From the NCBI GenBank assembly GCA_041497675.1, contig JBGQGY010000014.1, positions 1 through 42,513 of the forward strand: DNA of 42,513 nt, in the 5' to 3' direction. A program made the position numbers and the translations under genes. Under the pieces are notes generated by a model. The model saw nothing but the letters and a program-made list of their open reading frames with translations. It was not told the DNA's origin and did not search any database. Shown here piece by piece: positions 1-8,115 of this stretch (the first letter of the stretch is position 1; each line of letters starts with the position of its first letter). The stretch comes from a bacterium (lineage in GTDB: Bacteria > Sysuimicrobiota > Sysuimicrobiia > Sysuimicrobiales > Humicultoraceae).

Positions 1-345
1 CGCCTTGACCAGACCCATCCCGACACCCAGGAGCTGTCCTGACATTTCGGGCCGCTTGGCACCCGGCAGGAGGCTGATCAACAGCGAGAACAGCGCGTAG
101 AGGATGACGTAGGTAACCACAAACCCCACCGTGCGTGCCCAGTCTTCAGTGAACTCCGCTGAGACGATGAGTGAATCGGTCCACTTCGCGATCGGCAGTC
201 CTGCGACCGGCATGGCGATCGCCGAGATGACGTAGGCGGCGATCACCGCACACGCCCCCAGCAGCGGCACGACCACTCCCTTGAGCAGGCCCTGCAGGAC
301 GAACCAGATGGCCATCGCCACCATGACCCAGTCGAGCCACGTCAT
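1..345 (-). CDS. cvpA: CvpA family membrane protein (colicin V production family), 3' end outside window
   Basis: Not in the ORF track. ATG at 345 after AAGGTGAGGGGG reads MTWLDWVMVAMAIWFVLQGLLKGVVVPLLG...GQLLGVGMGLVKA, open to the window edge. MxWLD...GxxKG N-terminus and position after pheT fit CvpA. Confidence 0.75.
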   Translation of the reverse strand, partial: MTWLDWVMVAMAIWFVLQGLLKGVVVPLLGACAVIAAYVISAIAMPVAGLPIAKWTDSLIVSAEFTEDWARTVGFVVTYVILYALFSLLISLLPGAKRPEMSGQLLGVGMGLVKA

Positions 346-399
346 TGCCAGCGCCCCCCCTCACCTTACCCATACCCAGATGGCGTCGATCGGTCGCCA

Positions 400-2466
400 T
401 CAGAGCCGAATCGTCACCGGGAGGCGCTCCGGCAACGCCTCGTGGATCCGCCGGATGACCCCGTCGACCTCTTCTCCTGCCAGCGTCCGGTCCGGGGCCC
501 GGAAGATCAGCGTGTACGCCAGATTGCGCAGCCCCTGGGCGAGGGGCGGTCCGGCATAGACATCGAACAGTTCGACACTCTCAAGGAGAGTTCCCGCGAT
601 CTCGCGGATCGCGGATTCCACCTGAGCCTGCGGCAACGCCTCTGGGGCGACCACGGCCACGTCGCGCCGGACGGCGGGGAAGCGCGGGAATCCGGAGAAG
701 CGCGGCTGCGTCACCGCCCGTTCGAGCAGGCCGCCAAGCGTCATCTCTGCCACGTAGGTCCGCCCGGGCAAGTCAAACCGCGCGGCCACGTCGGGGTGCA
801 ACTCGCCGGCCGCGCCAACGACGTCACCGCCGAAGACGATCTCACCGCCACGAGAGGGGTGTAGCCAGGCGCGTTGAGCGGGGTGAAGCGCCAGCGGTCC
901 GATTCGCAGTTCGGCGAAGAGCGTCTGCAGCGCGCCGCGCAGGTGAAAGAAGGTGACGTCCCGGTCGCCGCCGTCGTGCCGCCAGTCGCCGGTCAGCCAC
1001 GGGCCGCGGAGGGCGAGGGCAAGCGCGCGGCGCTCGTCGATGCCGGCGGTCTGTGCGCGGGCAAACACCCGACCGATCTCGAACAGGTGCACGGCCTCAC
1101 GGCGATGGCTGACGTTGACCCGGACGGCCTCCAGCAGCCCGGGCAGCAGACACGGCCGGAGGTGCGTGTGGTCGCTGGTGAGCGGGTTGCGCAGCGGGAC
1201 CGGGTTGCGCCAGGGATCACCATCCTCGATCCCGAGGCGCTCGAGCAGCCGCACGCTCACCAGCGAGATGGTACACGCCTCCGTGAGCCCGGCGCGGATC
1301 AGGGCGTCGCGCGCGGACGCCTCCGTCTCCAGCTTCGACGCCCGGCGGCCCTGGTGCATGGCTTCGACGGGCAGCGCCTCCGGGATGCGCTCGTAGCCGT
1401 AGTGACGCACGACCTCTTCGATCAGGTCCTCTTCGCGCTCGAGGTCGCGGCGGCCGATGGGCGGCGTTGCACGAATGACGTCGCCGTCACGCCGCAGATC
1501 GATGCCCAGTCGCGTCAGGATGGCCTCGGCGTCGGCGACGGGCACGGTCATGCCGAGCACGCGCCGCAGTCTCGGCAGCCGCAGGACGATGGTCGACCGC
1601 GACACAGGTCGCGGGTACGCGTCGACGCCGCCGCGCAGCACGCGGCCACCGGCGAGCTCGGCGATCAATTGGGCGCACCGGCGCGCGGCCCGGGCCGTCC
1701 CTTCAGGGTCAACTCCGCGCTCGAACCGGGCACTGGCTTCGGTACGCAGACCCAGGCGGCGGCTGGTACGCCGCACGCTGGCCGGGGCAAACGACGCCGC
1801 TTCGAGCAAGACCCGGCGGGTGGTCGCGCTGATCTCGGTCTCGCCGCCGCCCATGATACCGGCGAGCGCCACCGGTCGCCGCGCATCCGCGATCACCAAC
1901 ATCTGCGGATCCAGCTCGCGCGTGACGCCATCGAGTGTGACCAGCCGCTCGCCGGCGGCCGCCGGTCGCACAACGATGCGCCGTTCGGCCAGTGTGTCCA
2001 GGTCGAACGCGTGTTGCGGCTGACCCCACTCCAGCATGACGTAGTTCGTCGCGTCGACAATGTTGTTGATGGGACGGACCCCGGCGGCCTCCAGCCGCGA
2101 GGCCAGCCACGCGGGCGATGGCCCCACCGTCACGCCGGTGATCACTTGCGCGATATAGCGCGGGCACAGACCGGCGTCGGCGATCTGGACGGCGGTCAGC
2201 GTCGACGCGGCCGGATCGTGCTCGTCGAGGCGGTCCTCCGGGAGCCGGACGTCACGCCGGCGCCAGGCCGCCATCTCACGGGCGATCCCGATCAGGCTGA
2301 GCAGATCCGGGCGGTTGGATGCGATCTCGAGGTCGAACACCACCTCATCCCCCGCCTGCTCGACCGACTCGACGCCCAGACCGAGCATGGGCAGTTGCTC
2401 TGCGAGCACCGCCGGCGTCTCGGACACGTCGACATACTCGCGCAGCCAGGACAGCGGGGCTTTCAT
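400..2466 (-). CDS. pheT: Phenylalanine--tRNA ligase beta subunit (short form lacking B2 domain)
   Basis: Start reassigned to MKAPLSWLREYV (ATG overlaps the pheS TGA). Motifs NRPDLLS, INNIVDATNYVMLEWGQPQHAFD, RFERGVD, DLEREEDLIEEV and a C-terminal FDX-ACB domain (RRDVAVV, ELFDVY). Confidence 0.95.
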   Translation of the reverse strand: MKAPLSWLREYVDVSETPAVLAEQLPMLGLGVESVEQAGDEVVFDLEIASNRPDLLSLIGIAREMAAWRRRDVRLPEDRLDEHDPAASTLTAVQIADAGLCPRYIAQVITGVTVGPSPAWLASRLEAAGVRPINNIVDATNYVMLEWGQPQHAFDLDTLAERRIVVRPAAAGERLVTLDGVTRELDPQMLVIADARRPVALAGIMGGGETEISATTRRVLLEAASFAPASVRRTSRRLGLRTEASARFERGVDPEGTARAARRCAQLIAELAGGRVLRGGVDAYPRPVSRSTIVLRLPRLRRVLGMTVPVADAEAILTRLGIDLRRDGDVIRATPPIGRRDLEREEDLIEEVVRHYGYERIPEALPVEAMHQGRRASKLETEASARDALIRAGLTEACTISLVSVRLLERLGIEDGDPWRNPVPLRNPLTSDHTHLRPCLLPGLLEAVRVNVSHRREAVHLFEIGRVFARAQTAGIDERRALALALRGPWLTGDWRHDGGDRDVTFFHLRGALQTLFAELRIGPLALHPAQRAWLHPSRGGEIVFGGDVVGAAGELHPDVAARFDLPGRTYVAEMTLGGLLERAVTQPRFSGFPRFPAVRRDVAVVAPEALPQAQVESAIREIAGTLLESVELFDVYAGPPLAQGLRNLAYTLIFRAPDRTLAGEEVDGVIRRIHEALPERLPVTIRL

Positions 2467-3449
2467 CAGAACTGCCCCAACAACCGCAGATCGTTTTCCC
2501 AGAACAGCCGGATGTCGGGGATGCCGTAGCGCACCATCGCCGGACGGTCGACGCCCAGACCGAATGCAAACGCCGTGTAGCGCTCGGGATCGATCCCGCC
2601 CATTTCCAGCACGCGTGGGTGGAACATGCCGCACCCGCCGAGTTCGAGCCAGCGGCCTTCGAAGGTCACGGCCAGCTCGGCGCTGGGCTCGGTGAAGGGA
2701 AAGTAGCTCGGCTGGAACCGCGTGCGCGTCTGCGGGCCAAACATCTCGCGCGCAAACGTCGCCAGCACGCCCTTGAGGTCGGCAAACGTGATGCAGTCCC
2801 CCACCATGAACCCGTCCACTTGGTGAAAGACCGGCATGTGTGTGGCGTCGACCGTGTCGCGGCGATAGCACCGGCCGCTGGTCACGATCCGCATCGGCGG
2901 TTTCCGTTCGAGCATCACCCGCGTGTCGACCGCGGTGCTCTGCGTGCGCAGCAGCAGATCATCGGCCAGATAGAACGTGTCCTGAGTGTCACGGGCCGGA
3001 TGATCGATCGGCATGTTGAGACGTTCGAAGTTGAACTCTTCGGTCTCGACTTCGGGCCCTTCGACGACTTCGAACCCCAACCCCATGAAGATGCGCTCGA
3101 CTTCGTCGAGCGTGCGGCGCAGGATGTGGCGGCGGCCCACCGGCCCGCGGAGACCCGGCAGCGTGACGTCGATCCGCTCGGCCTCCAGACGCGCGGCCGC
3201 GACGTGCGTGGACAGCTCTGCGGCCCGGGTCGCCATCGCCTCTTCGATGGCGGCGCGCGCCCTGTTGAGGCGCGCGCCAAACGCGGCGCGCTGGGTCTCG
3301 GGCATGCGGGGCAGAGTCGCCATCAACCCGGCCAGCGTGCCGCGCCGGCCCAGCGCGGCACGGCGGACGGCTTCGAGATCCTCGGGCGTCGCCGCGGCGC
3401 AGAGCGCCGCCGTGGTATCTTCCATCAGGCGATCGACCTCGTCGGACAC
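2466..3449 (-). CDS. pheS: Phenylalanine--tRNA ligase alpha subunit
   Basis: HPARDTQDTFY, LLRTQST, FQPSYFPFTEPSAE, WLELGGCGM, AFAFGLG motifs. GTG start at 3449 after AAGGAGG. Confidence 0.95.
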   Translation of the reverse strand: MSDEVDRLMEDTTAALCAAATPEDLEAVRRAALGRRGTLAGLMATLPRMPETQRAAFGARLNRARAAIEEAMATRAAELSTHVAAARLEAERIDVTLPGLRGPVGRRHILRRTLDEVERIFMGLGFEVVEGPEVETEEFNFERLNMPIDHPARDTQDTFYLADDLLLRTQSTAVDTRVMLERKPPMRIVTSGRCYRRDTVDATHMPVFHQVDGFMVGDCITFADLKGVLATFAREMFGPQTRTRFQPSYFPFTEPSAELAVTFEGRWLELGGCGMFHPRVLEMGGIDPERYTAFAFGLGVDRPAMVRYGIPDIRLFWENDLRLLGQF

Positions 3450-3461
3450 GCGACCCTCCTT

Positions 3462-3495
3462 GATCAAAACACTACAGCGATCAAAACACTACAGC
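3462..3495. repeat. Perfect 17-bp tandem duplication (gatcaaaacactacagc x2)
   Basis: Read directly: 3462-3478 is identical to 3479-3495. Confidence 0.9.
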
Positions 3496-3521
3496 GCCTC
3501 CGTCCCAGGGACGAAAGCGCT
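3484..3521 (-). terminator. T-box attenuator terminator
   Basis: AGCGCTTTCGTCCC-T-GGGACGGAGGCGCT hairpin followed by GTAGTGTTTTG; mutually exclusive with the antiterminator. Confidence 0.7.
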
Positions 3522-3727
3522 GCCTCCGCGGTACCACCCTCGCGGATATCGGCGGGACGGTTCCGCGGTACTCGTCTCCGTCAACGTCTTGCGTGCGTCA
3601 GTTCGGCGAGACCCAGCCGATCGTGATCGCTCTCAGACACCTGCGATAGCCAAGGTACGCCCAGACCGATCCGGTTGCCTCGAACACACGCCAGCACAGC
3701 GCTGCAGACCAGCTGGGTTCCATGTCG
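3484..3727 (-). ncRNA. T-box riboswitch leader of pheST (antiterminator/terminator clear, Stem I atypical)
   Basis: Minus strand AGGGTGGTACCGCGG...TTCGTCCCT antiterminator (T-box motif at 3526-3540), overlapping terminator hairpin, and an AGTA/GAA S-turn Stem II-like element just upstream. Lies directly before pheS. Confidence 0.8.
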
Positions 3728-3733
3728 GACGCG

Positions 3734-3763
3734 AGTATAACACACGCGGGGAAATCCTCGCAA
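3734..3763 (-). promoter_or_regulatory. Sigma70/SigA-type promoter for pheST leader
   Basis: TTGCGA - 18 nt - TATACT with extended -10 TG. Confidence 0.6.
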
Positions 3764-3797
3764 GCAAAACGCGCGCCGGGGGCATACCGTTGGGATA

Positions 3798-4589
3798 TTA
3801 GCAGGCGGCCGCGCCCCGGCGAACGACTTCGTACAACAAGAGTGCCGCTGCGACGGCCACGTTCAGCGATTCGGCCGGACCGAACAGCGGGATGCGCACG
3901 CCGGTCCCGACCGCGGACCACACAGGGTCCGATCCGCGGGCCTCGTTCCCGACGATAATCGCCACGGGACGGTCAACGCGGGCTTCACGGTAGTCCACCG
4001 ATCCCCGCGCATCCGCCACCAGCATGCGCACCCCGTGCTGCGCGAGCGCGCCGCTCAGCGACGCGGCGTCCATGGAGACCAGCGGAAGCCGAAAGATCGC
4101 CCCGGCCGTCGCGCGGAGCACCTTCGCGTTGTACGGATCGACGCCGCCCGGTGTGATGGCCATCGCCGTCGCGCCTGCGGCGAGGGCGGTGCGCACCATC
4201 GTCCCAAGGTTGCCGGGATCATGCACCTGATCGGCGACGAGGAGGAAGAGACCGACCGTCTCCAGGACCGCCGTCGCGCCCGGGGCCGGACGCCGCGCGA
4301 TGGCCACGATCCCCTGGCTCGTGTCGACCTGTGCGGCCGCCTGGACGACGCGCGGGGAGGCCGCGTGAACGCGTGCGCCCGCCGCCCGTAGTCGCTCGGC
4401 GAGCGAGACGCGTCGCGTGTCAACCGGATCAGGGTCGACGAGGACCTGGTCGAAGTCAATCCCGCCGGCCAATGCCTCGGTGATCAGGTGGTAGCCGTCG
4501 AGCAAGATGCGATCGTCCGCATCACGGCGGGGCGCTTGGGCCAGCCGGCGAAAGGCCGCCACGACGGGGTGGCGCGTGGACGTGATCAC
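3798..4589 (-). CDS. TrmH/SpoU family RNA methyltransferase
   Basis: MITSTRHP N-terminus, SQGIVA, DPGNLGTMVRTA, IVGNEARG, IPLFGPAESLNVAVAA SPOUT motifs. Confidence 0.92.
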   Translation of the reverse strand: MITSTRHPVVAAFRRLAQAPRRDADDRILLDGYHLITEALAGGIDFDQVLVDPDPVDTRRVSLAERLRAAGARVHAASPRVVQAAAQVDTSQGIVAIARRPAPGATAVLETVGLFLLVADQVHDPGNLGTMVRTALAAGATAMAITPGGVDPYNAKVLRATAGAIFRLPLVSMDAASLSGALAQHGVRMLVADARGSVDYREARVDRPVAIIVGNEARGSDPVWSAVGTGVRIPLFGPAESLNVAVAAALLLYEVVRRGAAAC

Positions 4590-4598
4590 CCCATGAAT

Positions 4599-5249
4599 CT
4601 AGAGGGAACTCTCGAGCTTGGAAAGCTGCTTGTTCTCGCCCACGACGACGAGTACGTCGCCGGCGCGCAGTTGCATCTCGCTATCAGGCGAGATGAGCAG
4701 CTGCCCGTCGCGGCGGATCAACAGCACGCTCACGCCGTACCGGGCGCGCAGGTCCAGGTCCTTGAGCGAGCGACCCGACAAGCGATCGGGCACGCTCAGT
4801 TCTTCGATCGAGAACGTGGGAGACACTTCCATGATGTCCAGCACGCCGGGCGACGCCAGCTGGTGCGCGATTCGCGCGCCCATCTCGCGCTCGGGGCGCA
4901 CGATGAGGTCGGCGCCCACCCGTTCGAGCACCTTCGCCTGTAGGTCATCGACGGCTTTGGCGATGATCTTCTTGCACCCGAGTTCCTTCAACAGGAGCGT
5001 AGTCAAAATGCTCTCCTGGATGAAGTCGCCGATCGCGACGACGACCGCGTCGAAGTTCCCAATCCCGACGCTGCGCAGCGCGTCCGCGTCGGTGGTGTCG
5101 ATCTGCACCGCGTGGGTGACCTCGTCGGCCACCTCGCGCAGCGCCTCTTCATCCTTGTCGATGGCCATGACTTGATGGCCGAGCTGCGTGAGGGTGCTGG
5201 CCACGCTCCGGCCGAAGCGCCCCATTCCAATTACGGCATACTCGCTCAT
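4599..5249 (-). CDS. ktrA: Ktr/Trk potassium uptake regulatory RCK subunit
   Basis: Start reassigned to MSEYAVIGMGRFG (GxGxFG). IVRPEREMG motif and C-terminal TrkA_C domain; adjacent to the membrane subunit. Confidence 0.88.
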   Translation of the reverse strand: MSEYAVIGMGRFGRSVASTLTQLGHQVMAIDKDEEALREVADEVTHAVQIDTTDADALRSVGIGNFDAVVVAIGDFIQESILTTLLLKELGCKKIIAKAVDDLQAKVLERVGADLIVRPEREMGARIAHQLASPGVLDIMEVSPTFSIEELSVPDRLSGRSLKDLDLRARYGVSVLLIRRDGQLLISPDSEMQLRAGDVLVVVGENKQLSKLESSL

Positions 5250-5265
5250 CGTCGAACTCCCATCG

Positions 5266-6618
5266 CTAGCCGAGATACACCCGCTCTTCGGGATACCGGA
5301 CACGCAGCGGTCGCTGCTGCCGAGCCAATCCATACACAACCGTCAACAGGCCCACCCGCCCACTGAACATCGTCATCATGACGATCAACCGGCCCCAGGT
5401 CGAGAGGTCGGGCGTGATACCGGTCGAGAGCCCCACCGTGCCAAACGCCGATGTCACCTCGAACAGGCTCGACAGGAAGTCGCGCCGTTCAACCTCGACC
5501 AGCAGCACGGTCATCGTGACGACGAAGGCCAGAGACACCAGCACGATCGTCACGGCCTTGTAGATCACGGAGACCGGCAACCGTCGGTGGAAGAGCACGG
5601 GCTCGTGGGCGCCCCGAATGGTGCTCCAGATAACGGCAAGCGGTGCAATGAAGGTTGTGGTCTTGATGCCGCCACCGGTCCCGCCGGGTGAGGCGCCGAT
5701 GAACATCAGCGCCACTATCAACATGAGCGTGGACTGCGCCAGGGCCCCGATCGGCACCGTGTTGAACCCCGCGGTTCTCGGCGTCACCGCCTGAAAAAGC
5801 GCGGCCAGCGCCTGCACCGGCGCGGACAACCCGCCCAGGGTCTTCGGGTTCCTGAACTCAAACAGCCAGATCAAGACTGCGCTCCCGACGATCAGGATAG
5901 CGGTGGACAGCAGCACGGTCCGTGAGTGGAGCGTCAGGCGCCTCGACCGCACGTCGAACAGCACCGTGAATCCGAGGCCGCCGACGACGATCAGGCCGGC
6001 GATCGTGAGTGAGACCACCGGGTCGCCAACGTAGCCGGTCAGGCTCCGAAACCCGCCCATCAGGTGGAAACCCGCGTTGTTGAAAGCGGAAATGCTGTGA
6101 AAGACCCCCAGGTAGATCGCGCGACCCACAGGCACCTCACGTACCCAGCGCAACGCCAAGATCGCCGCGCCGATCGCCTCGATCGACAGGGCAAGCACGA
6201 TGAGCCGCTTGGTGAAGCGCACGACCCCGCCCATCTGATAGAGGTTGTAAGCCTCGGTGAGAATGATCCTCTCCCGCAGTCCGATTCGCCACCCCAGCAG
6301 CATAGCCAGCAACGCCCATGACGTCATGTACCCAAATCCGCCGAGCTGGATCAGCAGCATGATGACCAGCTCGCCGAAGGGGGAGTAGTGATCGGCCGTG
6401 TCGACGACGACGAGACCCGTGACGCAGGTGGCGGAGTTCGCGGTAAAGAGCGCGGTCAAGAACGGTGTAGGCTGGCCGTTTTCTGCGGCGATCGGAAGAC
6501 TCAACAGCACCCCGCCTGCCAGGATCACGGCGGCGAAACCGAGCAGGATCGTCTGGGCCGGGGTGAGCCGCAGCCGGGCGGCAATCAGACGCCGTGGTAC
6601 GACGACCGTGCTGGCCAT
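5266..6618 (-). CDS. ktrB: Ktr/TrkH potassium uptake membrane subunit
   Basis: Pore-loop motifs SATCVTGL, SAFNNAGF, PRTAGF, SAFGTVGLS, plus GASPGGTGGGIKTTT. Start ATG 6618 or TTG 6639. Confidence 0.9.
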   Translation of the reverse strand: MASTVVVPRRLIAARLRLTPAQTILLGFAAVILAGGVLLSLPIAAENGQPTPFLTALFTANSATCVTGLVVVDTADHYSPFGELVIMLLIQLGGFGYMTSWALLAMLLGWRIGLRERIILTEAYNLYQMGGVVRFTKRLIVLALSIEAIGAAILALRWVREVPVGRAIYLGVFHSISAFNNAGFHLMGGFRSLTGYVGDPVVSLTIAGLIVVGGLGFTVLFDVRSRRLTLHSRTVLLSTAILIVGSAVLIWLFEFRNPKTLGGLSAPVQALAALFQAVTPRTAGFNTVPIGALAQSTLMLIVALMFIGASPGGTGGGIKTTTFIAPLAVIWSTIRGAHEPVLFHRRLPVSVIYKAVTIVLVSLAFVVTMTVLLVEVERRDFLSSLFEVTSAFGTVGLSTGITPDLSTWGRLIVMMTMFSGRVGLLTVVYGLARQQRPLRVRYPEERVYLG

Positions 6619-6646
6619 CCGACGGAACGACTCCCTCAAGAAGTGA

Positions 6647-6666
6647 GGGCCGGGTTGACCCGGCCC
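6647..6666 (-). terminator. GC-rich hairpin after rplT, possible terminator/processing stem
   Basis: GGGCCGGG-TCAA-CCCGGCCC perfect inverted repeat followed by a weak TCACTTCTT tail. Confidence 0.45.
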
Positions 6667-6692
6667 GACCTGCCGCCGCTACTGCTGCGCGG

Positions 6693-7052
6693 CTATGGCT
6701 GTAGACGTTCCTTCGCCCGAGCGACCAGCTGATCAAACGCCGCGCGATCGCGCACCGCGAGGTCGGCCAGTATCTTACGATTGATCGTGATTCCGGCTTT
6801 GCGCAACCCGCTGATCAGGCGGCTGTACGAGACGCCGCTGCCGCGGGCCGCCGCGTTGATGCGTACCACCCACAGACGCCGGAACTGCCGCTTGCGCAAC
6901 CGCCGGTCGACCAGCGCGCGGGCGAGCGCTCGTACCACGTACTGGTTGGCGAGCTTGTACCAGCGGCTCTTCCCGCCCCGGAACCCTTTCGCCAGCCGGA
7001 GAATCTTCTTGTGCCGGCGCCTGACGGTGATGCCTCGCTTCACTCGTGCCAT
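6693..7052 (-). CDS. rplT: 50S ribosomal protein L20
   Basis: MARVKRG...[13 protein letters not shown]...[14 protein letters not shown]...[10 protein letters not shown]. Confidence 0.98.
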   Translation of the reverse strand: MARVKRGITVRRRHKKILRLAKGFRGGKSRWYKLANQYVVRALARALVDRRLRKRQFRRLWVVRINAAARGSGVSYSRLISGLRKAGITINRKILADLAVRDRAAFDQLVARAKERLQP

Positions 7053-7067
7053 AGCCGTCCCACCTTC

Positions 7068-7099
7068 CGCTTGTTAGCGCACGCGCTTGTTAGCGCGCG
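7068..7099. repeat. 16-bp near-perfect tandem duplication between rpmI and rplT
   Basis: cgcttgttagcgcacg / cgcttgttagcgcgcg (one mismatch). Confidence 0.75.
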
Positions 7100-7117
7100 C
7101 TGGCTGCGCAGACGCCG

Positions 7118-7315
7118 TCAGACCCCCGGGAGCAGGGCGCGGATCCGTTCCTCGTCCACCGGGTGCACCGGAACCTCCTGGCGGAGGGAGCGCCTCCGCT
7201 TGGGACGCTTCTTCACTTTGAGATGCCCGCCTTGCTGGCGACCGCGGGTCAGCTTCCCCGAGCCGGTCACGCCGATGCGCTTTGCGGTCCCCTGATGCGT
7301 CTTCGACTTCTTCAC
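7118..7315 (-). CDS. rpmI: 50S ribosomal protein L35
   Basis: KSKTHQGTAKR...TGSGK...HL, 65 aa basic protein between infC and rplT. Confidence 0.95.
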   Translation of the reverse strand: MKKSKTHQGTAKRIGVTGSGKLTRGRQQGGHLKVKKRPKRRRSLRQEVPVHPVDEERIRALLPGV

Positions 7316-7330
7316 ACTCGAACTCCCACT

Positions 7331-7843
7331 CTACCCCTTCTTGGGGGTCATGATCATGATCATGTTGCGACCTTCAAGGAGCGGTATGCGCTCCATGACG
7401 CCGACGTCGGTGAGATCCTGGGCCATGCGAAGCAGGATCACTTCGCCAACCTTCGGATGGGCCATCTCCCGCCCGCGGAACCACATCGCGACACGCACCT
7501 TGTTGCCCTCCTTCAGGAACTCGCGGACTTGTCGGGTTTTCACCTGACGATCATGCTCGCCGATCTTTGGGCTCAGCCGCATGCCCTTCAGGTCCCCGCC
7601 CTTGGAGCGACGGCGGGCCACGTGGTCGCGCTTGCTCTGCTCGTACTTGTACCGCCCAAAGTCCATGATCTTGCAAACCGGCGGGCTGGCCGTCGGCGCC
7701 ACCTCGACGAGATCCATCACGGCTTCCTGCGCTTTGGCCAGGGCCTCACGCGTCGGCACGACACCCAGCTGCTCGCCGTTAGGGCCGATCAGCCGTACTT
7801 CCCGCACCCGGATCCGATCGTTAATTCTCGTCTCGCGCTCGAT
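7331..7843 (-). CDS. infC: Translation initiation factor IF-3 (non-canonical ATC start)
   Basis: RINDRIRVREVRLIG, DLVEVAP, PPVCKIMDFGRYKYE, FRGREM motifs. GAGGAGG RBS lies about 10 nt before ATC at 7843. Confidence 0.93.
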   Translation of the reverse strand: MERETRINDRIRVREVRLIGPNGEQLGVVPTREALAKAQEAVMDLVEVAPTASPPVCKIMDFGRYKYEQSKRDHVARRRSKGGDLKGMRLSPKIGEHDRQVKTRQVREFLKEGNKVRVAMWFRGREMAHPKVGEVILLRMAQDLTDVGVMERIPLLEGRNMIMIMTPKKG

Positions 7844-7894
7844 ACCGTTTCGCCCTCCTCGACAATCGTGACGCGGAAATATCGTCGCAAACGG

Positions 7895-8015
7895 GGAAAG
7901 TAGAAAGGGGACGGCATGAGCCATCCCCATAGCGTCGCCGGTACCACGGCGACCCGAGACGCACCGACCCTGCCCACGGGCGCTCGGGTGAGAAGCGGAT
8001 GGCTTCTACTTCCGC
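7895..8015 (-). ncRNA. L20 leader (ribosomal protein autoregulatory attenuator)
   Basis: AGAAGCCATCCGCTTCTCACC (7987-8007) resembles the Firmicutes L20 leader core. Downstream GGGGATGGC can pair with it or form a terminator GGGGATGGC-TCAT-GCCGTCCCC-TTTCTACTTT (stem 7907-7928). Confidence 0.78.
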
Positions 8016-8031
8016 CTGCACGACCGGACGG

Positions 8032-8061
8032 AGTATAGCACCGGCGGGCGAGTAGCGTCAA
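8032..8061 (-). promoter_or_regulatory. Sigma70/SigA promoter of infC-rpmI-rplT
   Basis: TTGACG - 18 nt - TATACT with extended TG, immediately upstream of the L20 leader. Confidence 0.7.
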
Positions 8062-8115
8062 TCAGCAGGGAGGACCGCCGCATGTCACCGAAAGAGTCAC
8101 CCAAGGAGGTGCCGT

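Noticed and set aside
2467..2871. N-terminal 135-aa extension of the 823-aa pheT ORF
   Set aside because: Overlaps pheS in another frame; the true start is MKAPLSWL at 2466.
3608..3722. Closed helix upstream of the T-box as 6S or SRP RNA
   Set aside because: Too short for typical 6S RNA and lacks the SRP GGAA-tetraloop domain; kept only as part of the atypical T-box finding.
3462..7099. Short direct repeats as CRISPR remnants
   Set aside because: Only two adjacent copies each, no spacers and no cas genes.
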